In this document: positions 46,664 to 55,540 of the stretch, one piece after another
Layout: every line of letters starts with the position of its first letter
How positions within the stretch are numbered: the first letter of the stretch is position 1
From: an uncultured Methanomicrobiales archaeon
GTDB taxonomy: Archaea > Halobacteriota > Methanomicrobia > Methanomicrobiales > Methanospirillaceae
Direction of reading: 5' to 3'
NCBI GenBank assembly: GCA_903819595.1
Contig: CAIJED010000340.1
Coordinates: 1 to 55,540 of the forward strand
DNA: 55,540 nucleotides
The notes under the pieces: generated by a model
Database searches by the model: none
Told to the model about the DNA's origin: nothing
What the model saw: only the letters and a program-made list of their open reading frames with translations
Position numbers and translations under genes: made by a program

Positions 46664-48037
46664 ATGATACTACGACAGGTCACCTCGGCAGGAATCGCCC
46701 ACCACTCCTATTACATCGGGTCGGGCATGACTGCGGCCGTGATTGATCCACGCAGGGACTGCGAGGTGTACCTCGGGATCGCAGGGGAGCTCGGCCAGCA
46801 GATCTCTTTTATTTTTGAGACCCACCGGAACGAAGACTACGTGTCTGGCGCCCGTGAACTTGCAGAACGCACGGGGGCCCGGATTTATCATGGCCCGGTG
46901 ACCGCCTTCTCCTACGGGACAAGGATAGAAGAGGGGATGAGCATCATGGCGGGCGACCTCCGCATCAGCGTGCTCGAAACTCCCGGCCATACTCCCGACA
47001 GCATATCGCTGTTGGTCAGGGATACGAAGGTATCCGGTGACCCGTACCTGGTATTTACAGGGGACTCCCTGTTCTCAGGTGATGTCGGCCGTACCGATCT
47101 CTTCGGCAGGGGGAGAGGTGAAGAAGCCGCCGGGATGCTCTACGATAGCATCTGGAACAAGATCCTGCCCCTTGGAGATGCGGTTCTGGTCTACCCTGCC
47201 CATGGCGCAGGGTCAGTCTGCGGGGCTGACATTGTTGACCACCCCGTCACAACCACCGGGTACGAGAAAAAAACCAATCCCCTTCTTCAGAAGGACCGCA
47301 CGGCATTTATCGATTTTAAAACAAGGGAACACCATTACGTTCCCCCTTACTTTTCGCACATGGAAGAGGTCAACCAGGATGGACCTCGCCTGATGGGGCA
47401 CCTCCCTCATCTGATCCCGTATACCGGCAGCCAGGTGAAAGAAATGGCCGGTAAGGGTGCGCAACTCCTCGATATCCGGGCTCCCGGTAGTTTCGGGTCC
47501 GGTCATATCGAAGGCAGCCTCTCTATCTGGCGTGAAGGCCTTGCGGCGTATATGGGCTGGTTCCTCGATTACCAGGAGCCAATTATCATTATTGACGAAT
47601 TCAACCTTGACCTGGGACCGGTAATGCGGCAGTTTGTCCGTCTCGGGTATGATAACCTGAAGGGTTACCTCGCGGGAGGGTTCCCGGGGTGGTACAAGTC
47701 AGGTGAACGTTATCGCCTGCACCGTATATGGTCTGTGTATGACCTTCATCAGGCAATGGAGTCAGCATCAGAAGAATTTTATCTCCTTGATGTGCGCGAT
47801 ATCCGTAACCGTGAAAAAACCGGGCATATCCCGGGCGACCACCATATGTTTGTGGGGGAGCTTTCCGGACTGATCGATGAGGTTTCGCGGAATGAAAACA
47901 TTGTGATATATTGTGATGCGGGCTACAAGGGTTGCCTTGCTGCGAGTTTTCTTTCAAAACACGGGTATCAGCGGGTAACGAACATCCTTGGCGGGATGTC
48001 GGCCTGGTCTGCGGCAGGTCTGCCCGTGGAAAAATAA
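46664..48037 (+). CDS. Metallo-beta-lactamase-fold hydrolase fused to two rhodanese-like domains
   Basis: The MBL motifs are ETHRNEDY, TPGHTPDS and YPAHGAGS. The rhodanese modules are LLDIRAPGSFGSGHIEGS and LLDVRD...IVIYCDAGYKG (active-site Cys loop). ATG 46664 follows an AGGA..GGGG stretch. Confidence 0.82.
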   Translation: MILRQVTSAGIAHHSYYIGSGMTAAVIDPRRDCEVYLGIAGELGQQISFIFETHRNEDYVSGARELAERTGARIYHGPVTAFSYGTRIEEGMSIMAGDLRISVLETPGHTPDSISLLVRDTKVSGDPYLVFTGDSLFSGDVGRTDLFGRGRGEEAAGMLYDSIWNKILPLGDAVLVYPAHGAGSVCGADIVDHPVTTTGYEKKTNPLLQKDRTAFIDFKTREHHYVPPYFSHMEEVNQDGPRLMGHLPHLIPYTGSQVKEMAGKGAQLLDIRAPGSFGSGHIEGSLSIWREGLAAYMGWFLDYQEPIIIIDEFNLDLGPVMRQFVRLGYDNLKGYLAGGFPGWYKSGERYRLHRIWSVYDLHQAMESASEEFYLLDVRDIRNREKTGHIPGDHHMFVGELSGLIDEVSRNENIVIYCDAGYKGCLAASFLSKHGYQRVTNILGGMSAWSAAGLPVEK

Positions 48038-48257
48038 CTGCCGCGACCTTTTATTATCCAGATCCCTGGTTCCAGCCCGGAGTGAGGCGACACTGTTTTG
48101 CGAGATCGGCTTTCCCAGCCAGATACAGGAATGATCACCCCTGAGGAATCGGCGGTTCTTTTCCAATCATTCGGAAACGGTTACCGGAAGAGAACGGAAA
48201 GAGAGATAAAATTACAAATCTTTATCAATGCAGGCCTGATACTCTCTTAAGATCGGA

Positions 48258-48734
48258 ATGGAGATTATAAAGATCCCACGGATGGAAAAAGCGGAATACG
48301 ACAACCTGATCGAAGAGGGCTATATCTGCCGTATTGCGTTCCAGGGCGAAAAATATCCCTATATCGCCCCGTTTCTTTATGTTTTTGATGGCCAGTTCAT
48401 ATACTTCATCTCAACAAAATACGGGAAAAAGATCGAATACTTCAGGAAAAGCCCCTATGTCTCTGTAGAGGTCGAGAAATACACGAAAGACCTCTCCTGC
48501 TATACCTTCGTGACGCTGCAGGGTTACCTTGAAGAGGTGCATGACTCAATCGAGAAAAAACTTATCCGGCAGCGCTTTATCGAACTAATCAAGGAAAAGC
48601 ACCTGTCCATGAATATCCTTGCAGCGCTTGGCCACTCCCCGCTTGACCCGCCTGAAGCGATTGCAAATGAAGAGCGGTCCCTTGTCTGGAAACTGACAGG
48701 TGTGAAAGACCTTGTGGCTCTGAAGAACCTCTGA
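48258..48734 (+). CDS. Pyridoxamine 5'-phosphate oxidase-like FMN-binding split-barrel protein
   Basis: GYICRIAFQGEKYPYIAPFLYVFDGQFIYFISTKYGKK is the typical PNPOx-like N-terminal barrel. Confidence 0.72.
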   Translation: MEIIKIPRMEKAEYDNLIEEGYICRIAFQGEKYPYIAPFLYVFDGQFIYFISTKYGKKIEYFRKSPYVSVEVEKYTKDLSCYTFVTLQGYLEEVHDSIEKKLIRQRFIELIKEKHLSMNILAALGHSPLDPPEAIANEERSLVWKLTGVKDLVALKNL

Positions 48735-48754
48735 CCATTTTTTTGGGCCAAAAA

Positions 48755-50896
48755 TTAGTCAGATGATGATTTAGTCTTTTTTAGTTCCTCCACCATCGTC
48801 TCCGGGCCAGTCACCGGGTAGGAACATTGCTGGTTCTTACAGACGTACGCGGTTGCTTTTCCGTCTTTTTCTTTCATCTCTTCTGTAAAACCTGATATCC
48901 GGTCAATTTCGAATGGCCCGTCCCCTGCGGGTCGGTGGAGCAGCACTACAGATGGAAAATACCGTGAATTGATGGCGTCCTTTAAGGAATCCGTATCAGG
49001 TGCCCCGGGTCTTCCCACGATAACCACGCTGGATGATGGTCCGAGTGCAAAATCAAGTGAAGAAAGAAATGCCGTGTACCCTGCAGGTGACTGTTCCGCA
49101 AGCGGTGAGATGGTGCCTGCAAGGTCCCATGCCCGTGCGTGGTAATCCGGACTGATGGTCATCAGCCCAAGCCTCAATAAATTGTTCATCGCAACGGCAT
49201 TGACCGATGGGAGTGCGCCATCATCCATGTCTTTCTGCCGGATGATGAGGTCCGTCTCATCCTCGTGGGAGTTAAAATATCCTCCGTCCCTCCTGTCAAG
49301 GAAATGGAGGGTGAAGTATGCCTCAATTGCGATCGCAGCCTCCAGGTACCCTGGCAGAAATGTTAGTTCATACAGGTCGAGAAGTCCTGCACAAAAATAC
49401 GCGTAATCAGATGCTACCCCGCGTATACCTGGCTTTCCACGCCTGTAGCGGTGAAAAAGCTCCCCGGTGCCGGACCGCATGGTACCAAGGATAAAATCTG
49501 CGGCCCTGGTGGCTGCGTCGAGGTACTGGTCATCCCCGAATGCGCGGGCCGCACGGGACAGTGCCGAGATGACCAGTCCATTCCAGTCAGTGAGTACCTT
49601 GTCATCTTTTTGGGGTGGGACGCGGTTCTTCCGGACAGCGAAGAGACGTTGACGTGCATGTGAAAGCCTTGCCCGATATTCCTCTTCCGGTAGATGGTTC
49701 CTTGGTCCGGACCGTCCCGGTGCGACGGCCAGGTGCAGGATATTCTCCCCGTTTCGCTGCCCGGTATCCTGTGAGTGAAAATTACCCCCGGGTTGTACCT
49801 GGTAGGCCCCGATAAACAGGGGGGCTTCATCCCCGAGCGCTTCCTCGATCTCACGATTTTTCCAGAGATAGAATTTTCCCTCTATTCCTTCGCTATCGGC
49901 GTCTTGTGCCGAGTAAAATCCGCCCTGGTGATCACGCATATCCCGGAGGAGGTAGGTGAGGCACTCCTCTGCCGTTGTCCGGAATGAGCCGGTCCCTGTC
50001 GCAAGATATGCGTCCGTGTAGACCATAATGAGTAATGCCTGGTCGTAGAGCATTTTCTCAAAATGTGGGACCAGCCATCCGGAATCTGTGGAATACCGGT
50101 GGAACCCGTACCCGATATGATCATAAATGCCCCCGTCTGACATTGCCATGAGGGTTTTCCTGGCCATTTCAAGTGCATTTACTTCACCCGTTCTGTTCCA
50201 GTACCGAAGAAGAAACGATATGGTGTGTGGCATCGGGAATTTCGGGGCACGAGAAAACCCCCCGCTGGCCGGATCGAACCGGCGTGCAAGTTCATGGTAC
50301 GCTGCATGAAGAAGCAATTCGGTTCCCGGGCTGCCCATCATCGTTCGCTGCCCCTGGGAAAGGGTACGGGTAATTGTCTCCACAGTTTTCCTGATATCGG
50401 GACGCCGGGATTTCCAGATGGTTTCGATCCCGGGTATCAGGTCCAGAAGACCCGTTGATCCGAACCGGCTCGTCTTCGGGATATACGTTGCCGCAAAAAA
50501 GGGTTCCCGATCCGGTGTCATCATGATGGTGAGTGGCCAGCCACCCGATCCCGTGAGTGCCTGGGCAACTGACAGGTAGAGGGCATCAATATCCGGACGC
50601 TCTTCCCGGTCCACCTTGATGCAGATAAACGCCTGGTTCAGCAGGGCTGCTACTTCATCGTCTTCAAACGATTCATGCGCCATCACGTGACACCAGTGGC
50701 AGGTCGAGTATCCGATCGAGAGGAAAACAGGCCGATCCAGTTTCCGGGCGGTCTGAAATGCCTCCTCCCCCCACGGGTACCAATCAACCGGGTTGTATGC
50801 ATGCTGGAGCAGGTAGGGGCTGGTTTCCCGGATCAGGCGGTTCGGATTTCTGGATACCTCCCTCCCGGCAGGGCCCCCATTTTCACGGGGCGGCAT
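48755..50896 (-). CDS. Thioredoxin-domain protein of the DUF255/YyaL family
   Basis: [29 protein letters not shown]...[15 protein letters not shown] is followed by a long alpha/alpha-toroid-like C-terminal region. Confidence 0.9.
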   Translation of the reverse strand: MPPRENGGPAGREVSRNPNRLIRETSPYLLQHAYNPVDWYPWGEEAFQTARKLDRPVFLSIGYSTCHWCHVMAHESFEDDEVAALLNQAFICIKVDREERPDIDALYLSVAQALTGSGGWPLTIMMTPDREPFFAATYIPKTSRFGSTGLLDLIPGIETIWKSRRPDIRKTVETITRTLSQGQRTMMGSPGTELLLHAAYHELARRFDPASGGFSRAPKFPMPHTISFLLRYWNRTGEVNALEMARKTLMAMSDGGIYDHIGYGFHRYSTDSGWLVPHFEKMLYDQALLIMVYTDAYLATGTGSFRTTAEECLTYLLRDMRDHQGGFYSAQDADSEGIEGKFYLWKNREIEEALGDEAPLFIGAYQVQPGGNFHSQDTGQRNGENILHLAVAPGRSGPRNHLPEEEYRARLSHARQRLFAVRKNRVPPQKDDKVLTDWNGLVISALSRAARAFGDDQYLDAATRAADFILGTMRSGTGELFHRYRRGKPGIRGVASDYAYFCAGLLDLYELTFLPGYLEAAIAIEAYFTLHFLDRRDGGYFNSHEDETDLIIRQKDMDDGALPSVNAVAMNNLLRLGLMTISPDYHARAWDLAGTISPLAEQSPAGYTAFLSSLDFALGPSSSVVIVGRPGAPDTDSLKDAINSRYFPSVVLLHRPAGDGPFEIDRISGFTEEMKEKDGKATAYVCKNQQCSYPVTGPETMVEELKKTKSSSD

Positions 50897-51100
50897 ACCC
50901 GTCCATTGGTTATATGCATATTTGTGTATTTCCCCGGTGGCGGATGGCAGGAGATGAAAAAAACAGAACCCTCAAAGGCCTGTTATGTCATGGCGCCGGA
51001 CAACCGGGCTCCGGTAAAATTGAATGGAATAGGAAGGCGGGACCAGGATTTTTTCACGCCGGCCACTCCGCTCTTTAAAAAAAATTTGAAAAGCAAGACC

Positions 51101-51571
51101 TTACTGCATGGTTGCCCTGATGATTGTTACCGGTGTTTTTGGCCTGTCGCTGGCATCCTTGGGAACTTTCGCAATCTTATCCACCACCTCCATGCCATTG
51201 ATAACCTTTCCGAATGCAGGGTGGCGTCCGTCGAGGAAGTTGTTGTCGATCAGGTTGATGAAAAACTGGCTGCCCCCTGTGTTAGGTCCCGAATTTGCCA
51301 TCGAGATGGTGCCACGGTTGTTCTGGCTCGCGGGTGTAAATTCATCAGCGATTGCATAACCCGGGCCTCCGCACCCGGTCCCGGTCGGATCTCCGCCCTG
51401 GACCATAAACCCGTTGATGATCCGGTGGAAGATCACGCCGTTATAATATCCCTGGGTGACGAGTTTTTCAAAATTGCCTGCCGTGATCGGCATTTTGTTG
51501 TCGAGTTCGAGAGAGAACACTCCCATCGTCGTCTCAATTACAGCAATGCGAGGTTTTTCACCATCAGTCAT
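51101..51571 (-). CDS. Cyclophilin-type peptidyl-prolyl cis-trans isomerase
   Basis: FHRIINGFMVQGGDP, GTISMANSGPNTGGSQFFI and HPAFGKV are present. Confidence 0.93.
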   Translation of the reverse strand: MTDGEKPRIAVIETTMGVFSLELDNKMPITAGNFEKLVTQGYYNGVIFHRIINGFMVQGGDPTGTGCGGPGYAIADEFTPASQNNRGTISMANSGPNTGGSQFFINLIDNNFLDGRHPAFGKVINGMEVVDKIAKVPKDASDRPKTPVTIIRATMQ

Positions 51572-51732
51572 GTATATCTATCGTTTCGGGACGGCTATTA
51601 ACCTTCCATTCGTACGGGTTGGAATTTTCCGGATGACTGTAGAAGAATTTTCTGCGTATGGTTATACTTGAGGTCCAACCCGGTACCAATACCGCGAGAT
51701 ATTTCAGATCTGTTTTCCTAATGGTATACTCA

Positions 51733-54516
51733 ATGCCACAGGAGACCGGAGCTGGGAAAGAAGGTCCCGGGAAACGCTTAACTCCCGTAATGGAGCAGTA
51801 TCATGCGCTCAAGAAAGAATGCGGCGATTCGATACTCTTCTTCCAGATTGGTGATTTTTACGAGACCTTCTGGACCGATGCAGAGGTAGTCTCCCGGGAG
51901 CTTGATATCGTTCTGACTTCCCGGTCAAAAGGAGCTGACGGGGAAAAAATCCCGCTGGCCGGTGTCCCGTGCCATGCGTTCGATTCGTACACTGCACGTC
52001 TCGTCAGGAAGGGATACCGGGTGGCAGTCGTCGACCAGGTAGGTGACCCGAAAGAGTCAAAGGGGATCGTAAAACGGCAACTCACTCGTGTGATCACGCC
52101 TGGGACCGTGATTGATCCCTCGATGGTCCCCTCAACTGCGGCTGCATATCTCATGGCGGTTGCCGAAGACAGTACGGCCGGGGTCGTGTCTGCGGCGTTC
52201 CTTGATATTACCACCGGGGAGTTTTTCTACTCGGTCTGCCCGAAGGAGAACCGTTTCCAGTCGCTGGATGCGGAAATAGCGAAATATCATCCCGGTGAAT
52301 GTATCGTTTCACCAGGCCTTGACCCCCAGGCAATTACCCTTCTGTCTGACCGTGCGGTCCCGGTGACACAATGGAAGCAGGAAGGGTTCGCTCTTGAAAG
52401 GGCCAAAGAAGTGTTGATGTCACATTTTCATGTGGCTTCGCTTGATGGGTTTGGCCTCCTCTCCCGGGGGTCTGCCGTCCGGGCACTGGGTGGTGCGTTG
52501 TCGTATGCAAAGGAGACGCAGGGGAAAGAACTGCCACATATCACCAGTATTTCTGACCGCACCGTCACCGGGACCATGGTCCTTGACGCGGTTACGCTCC
52601 GGAACCTCGAGGTACTCAATAATATCCGCGACGGGGGAGAGGACGGTACCTTAAAAAAGACCCTGGACCAGACAAAGACCCCCATGGGGAGCCGGCTCCT
52701 CGTCCGGTGCCTCACCAACCCGCTCATTGACCATGAAGAGATTACCGCACGCCTTGATGCGGTTGCGTATCTCGCATCTCATGCACATCTCCGTGCCGCA
52801 CTTCGTGACCTGCTATCGCGGTGCAGTGATATCTCCCGTATTGCCGGGAGGATATCCTACGGGAATGCAGGTCCCCGTGACCTTTGTACCCTGTCATCGT
52901 CGCTCCGGGCAATACCGGAGATCAGGTCGCTGACCGGAGCAGGCCAGGATGACCTTCCCATGGTGATACAGAATGCCCTTTCAGCGCTGATGGATCACCA
53001 TGCGACCATTGACCTCATTTCGCGTGCCATCGTGGAAGACCCGCCTGCCACGGTCAAGAATGGCATGGTGATCAGGGAAGGCTATGATGCCGAGCTCGAC
53101 CTCCTGCGGGGCGTATCGGGGTCAGGAAAAGACTGGATTGTGCAACTTCAGCAGGAAGAACGGGCCACCACCGGAATTAAGTCTCTTAAAGTGGGTTATA
53201 CTTCCGTATTCGGGTATTACATCGAGGTAACAAGGCCGAACCTTCACCTTGTCCCGGCATCGTACGAGAGGAAACAGACCACATCGACCGGCGAACGGTT
53301 CACCATTCCTTCCCTCCGCGAGAAGGAGGCAAGTATTGCCAATGCGGACGAACGGCTGCTTGCACGTGAAGGTGTCCTCTATACCGCACTTCTGCGGGAA
53401 CTACAGGAGGTAGTGCCGGCAGTCCAGTCCTCTGCGAACGGTATCGGACACCTCGACCTTTTTTCGGCCCTCGCAGAAGCCGCCCGTAAATACCAGTATA
53501 TTCGACCTGCCATCGACCCCGGGAACCGCCACCTGATCCGGGAAGGAAGGCATCCGGTTGTTGAGCAACGAATGACCGGCAGTTTTGTGCCGAATGATGT
53601 GATGATTGACGGGGCCGGTGAGCAGGTGCTGATCATCACCGGGGCGAACATGGCTGGGAAATCCACTTACATGCGCTCCGTTGCCCTGATCACGATAATG
53701 GCGCAGATGGGGAGTTTTATCCCGGCGTCATATGGGGAGATCGGTGTCGTTGACAGGATTTTCACCCGGGTCGGGGCCTTTGATGACCTGGCCTCCGGCC
53801 AGTCGACGTTCATGGTGGAAATGATCGAACTCGCGAATATCTTGAACAACGTGACAAAAAAGAGCCTGGTGATCCTCGACGAGATTGGGAGGGGCACCTC
53901 CACGCTCGACGGGTTCTGTATCGCAAAGGCCGTACTGGAATTTCTCCACGGTAAGGGAAGTTCCGGACCAAGGACACTTTTTGCCACGCATTTTCACGAG
54001 ATTGTCGGGATAGAATCTGATCTTCCCAGGATCAGAAATTACCACTTTGCCGTACGGGATACGGGTAAAGAAGTGGTATTCCTGAGAAAGATCATCCCTG
54101 GCGCGACCGATAAAAGTTATGGGATCCACGTGGCGCAGATCGCAGGGGTGCCGAGAAAGGTCATCGACCGTGCGAACACGATCATGAACGAAGTCGAAAC
54201 CAGGGAGACGAACCCCGGAGGAAAAGTCCGGCGATATACACAGATGCTCCTCGTTGATGCACCGGTTGTCCAAAGAGACCCTGTATTGCAGGAGATAGAG
54301 AAGTTATCAGTCGATAGCATGACCCCTCTTGAAGCACTCACGTGGCTGAGTGAACTCCAGAAGCGGGTACAACAGGGGAGTCCCAAGGGCCTGGACAAGT
54401 CCGGGCATGGGGAGATGATGAATACACCCGGACAGTCACCCGTTCCTATGAAGGAAGGCCACCCGGACGGGGATCTGATTGGGCAGGGGGGCAGGACCGA
54501 TGGCAGAACACCCTAA
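51733..54516 (+). CDS. mutS: DNA mismatch repair protein MutS (bacterial type)
   Basis: LTPVMEQYHALK...FFQIGDFYE is the mismatch-binding domain. Walker A is TGANMAGKST, followed by DEIGRGTST and the FATHFHE box. An alternative ATG lies at 51721. The last 50 or so residues are a Gly/Pro-rich tail. Confidence 0.93.
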   Translation: MPQETGAGKEGPGKRLTPVMEQYHALKKECGDSILFFQIGDFYETFWTDAEVVSRELDIVLTSRSKGADGEKIPLAGVPCHAFDSYTARLVRKGYRVAVVDQVGDPKESKGIVKRQLTRVITPGTVIDPSMVPSTAAAYLMAVAEDSTAGVVSAAFLDITTGEFFYSVCPKENRFQSLDAEIAKYHPGECIVSPGLDPQAITLLSDRAVPVTQWKQEGFALERAKEVLMSHFHVASLDGFGLLSRGSAVRALGGALSYAKETQGKELPHITSISDRTVTGTMVLDAVTLRNLEVLNNIRDGGEDGTLKKTLDQTKTPMGSRLLVRCLTNPLIDHEEITARLDAVAYLASHAHLRAALRDLLSRCSDISRIAGRISYGNAGPRDLCTLSSSLRAIPEIRSLTGAGQDDLPMVIQNALSALMDHHATIDLISRAIVEDPPATVKNGMVIREGYDAELDLLRGVSGSGKDWIVQLQQEERATTGIKSLKVGYTSVFGYYIEVTRPNLHLVPASYERKQTTSTGERFTIPSLREKEASIANADERLLAREGVLYTALLRELQEVVPAVQSSANGIGHLDLFSALAEAARKYQYIRPAIDPGNRHLIREGRHPVVEQRMTGSFVPNDVMIDGAGEQVLIITGANMAGKSTYMRSVALITIMAQMGSFIPASYGEIGVVDRIFTRVGAFDDLASGQSTFMVEMIELANILNNVTKKSLVILDEIGRGTSTLDGFCIAKAVLEFLHGKGSSGPRTLFATHFHEIVGIESDLPRIRNYHFAVRDTGKEVVFLRKIIPGATDKSYGIHVAQIAGVPRKVIDRANTIMNEVETRETNPGGKVRRYTQMLLVDAPVVQRDPVLQEIEKLSVDSMTPLEALTWLSELQKRVQQGSPKGLDKSGHGEMMNTPGQSPVPMKEGHPDGDLIGQGGRTDGRTP

Positions 54517-55540
54517 AAACCGGATCCGGCTCCTTGACCAGGCCACAATCAACCAGATTGCCGCTGGTGAGGTCGTAGAGCGGCCCGCCTCGGTCGTCAA
54601 GGAGCTGGTAGAGAACTCCATCGATGCCGGTGCGACTCGGATCATTGTCCAACTGGAGTCTGGTCTGGAGGGGGTCGTTTCTGCCCGGGTCACTGATAAC
54701 GGGTGCGGCATGGGGGCAGAAGATGCCATCACAGCGTTTACCCCGCATGCAACGAGTAAGATGATCAGTATCGGGGACCTGGACCGCTGCCTGACACTTG
54801 GTTTCCGGGGTGAAGCCCTGGCGAGTATTGCGGCTGTGTCCCATGTGACCCTGGTCACCATGGAACGGGACGGCGGGCAGAGCGCAACAGAAGTGGTTAT
54901 CCGGGGCGGCGACCTCGAAAAGGTCACCGAGACCGGGGCTCCTGCCGGGACGAGCATCACGGTCCGTGACCTTTTTTTCAACACCCCTGCGAGAAAAAAG
55001 TTCCAGAAATCAGTCGGTTCCGAGATTGCGGCAATTTCAAGGACAATGGAGGCGTTTGCTATTGCGAACCCCGGGATCTCGTTTTTATTTACCAGTAACG
55101 GGAATGAACGGGTCTCGACTGACGGGAGCGGAGACCTGATGGATACGATTATCGCCATTTTCGGGAGTGGAATGGCGGATGAGCTGATCCCGGTATCCAT
55201 ATCGGAAGGACCTCTCAAACTGAACGGTTACCTGTCGAAGCCATCCCTTTCACGCCAGAATATCTACCAGGTCTTCGTGAGCATCAACAGCCGGCAGGTG
55301 TATGCAAGGGCCGTTGTCGATGCAGTCAGGGCAGGGTATGGCACGCTGCTCCCTGATAACCGCTATCCCGTGGCATTCCTCGATCTTGCAATCGAACCTT
55401 CGTACGTTGATGTCAATGTCCACCCTTCCAAGCGCATTGTGCATATCTCCCGCGAGCGCGATATCTGTGCGATGGTGACCGGGGCCATGTCCCGTGCATT
55501 GAAAGGGGCCGACCTTGTACCGCCGGTGCCCGTGATGTCA
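54500..55540 (+). CDS. mutL: DNA mismatch repair protein MutL, N-terminal part (runs off the window)
   Basis: Own translation from ATG 54500: MAEHPKNRIRLLDQATINQIAAGEVVERPASVVKELVENSIDAG...GFRGEALASI...LFFNTPARKKF...VDVNVHPSK. The frame is open to the window end and overlaps the mutS end by 17 nt. It is not in the ORF track because it has no stop. Confidence 0.93.
   Translation, partial: MAEHPKNRIRLLDQATINQIAAGEVVERPASVVKELVENSIDAGATRIIVQLESGLEGVVSARVTDNGCGMGAEDAITAFTPHATSKMISIGDLDRCLTLGFRGEALASIAAVSHVTLVTMERDGGQSATEVVIRGGDLEKVTETGAPAGTSITVRDLFFNTPARKKFQKSVGSEIAAISRTMEAFAIANPGISFLFTSNGNERVSTDGSGDLMDTIIAIFGSGMADELIPVSISEGPLKLNGYLSKPSLSRQNIYQVFVSINSRQVYARAVVDAVRAGYGTLLPDNRYPVAFLDLAIEPSYVDVNVHPSKRIVHISRERDICAMVTGAMSRALKGADLVPPVPVMS

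Noticed and set aside
45973-46746. 257-aa plus-strand ORF
   Set aside because: It is antisense to the signal-peptide protein 45928-46494 and runs into the MBL gene's upstream region. Its composition is Arg/Gly-rich and not protein-like.
50675-51601. 308-aa plus-strand ORF
   Set aside because: It runs antisense through the 5' end of the DUF255/YyaL gene and the whole cyclophilin gene. It has no recognisable domain.
54436-55218. 260-aa minus-strand ORF
   Set aside because: It is antisense to the hand-translated mutL N-terminal domain, which carries canonical GHKL motifs.
1-55540. Search by eye for CRISPR arrays, tRNA T-loop motifs (GGTTCGAATCC-like), rRNA, inteins and group II intron features
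   Set aside because: No regularly spaced direct repeats were seen, and no T-loop or acceptor-like patterns. There are no oversized host proteins that would suggest inteins. A dedicated scan (tRNAscan-SE, Infernal, a CRISPR finder) would be needed for certainty.

Overview
The window reads as a chromosomal segment of a methanogenic archaeon, probably order Methanomicrobiales. This is inferred from recalled hallmarks: a 300-aa presenilin homologue closely resembling the Methanoculleus PSH, an HMf-type histone, RadA, FEN1, RPA, archaeal-type AlaRS, split GMP synthase and a DUF1890/DUF1894-like gene pair. No database search was possible, so all product names rest on motifs read in the supplied translations or in my own translations. 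About 85% of the window is tightly packed housekeeping genes, many joined by 4-nt ATGA/GTGA start-stop overlaps: alaS, pyrG, guaA-B, argD, hisC, fen, radA, rpa, lysA, dapL, a two-subunit 2-oxoacid:ferredoxin oxidoreductase and mutS-mutL. Two partial genes absent from the ORF track were recovered by hand. They are a CheY-like receiver at 1-340 (-) and mutL at 54500-55540 (+).

Three things stand out:
1. 9.1-12.9 kb: a translationally coupled operon of a GT2 glycosyltransferase, a 600-aa TPR protein with a C-terminal winged-helix domain, and a BrxD-like (DUF2791) P-loop ATPase. It lacks any BREX or TerB partners. This is my best candidate for an undescribed system.
2. 30.9-39.5 kb: an accessory stretch in which a roughly 140-150 bp sequence recurs four times as direct repeats. 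The sequence comprises a histidine-kinase 3' tail, a hairpin with T-run, and an ATGTACGCA start resembling the dapL start. The repeats delimit single-gene units in a cassette-like way.
3. A 1288-bp ISAzo13-like IS with 18-bp inverted repeats and a TAA target duplication cleanly splits a roughly 1094-aa receiver-PAS-histidine kinase gene.

I recognised no rRNA, tRNA or CRISPR array by eye.
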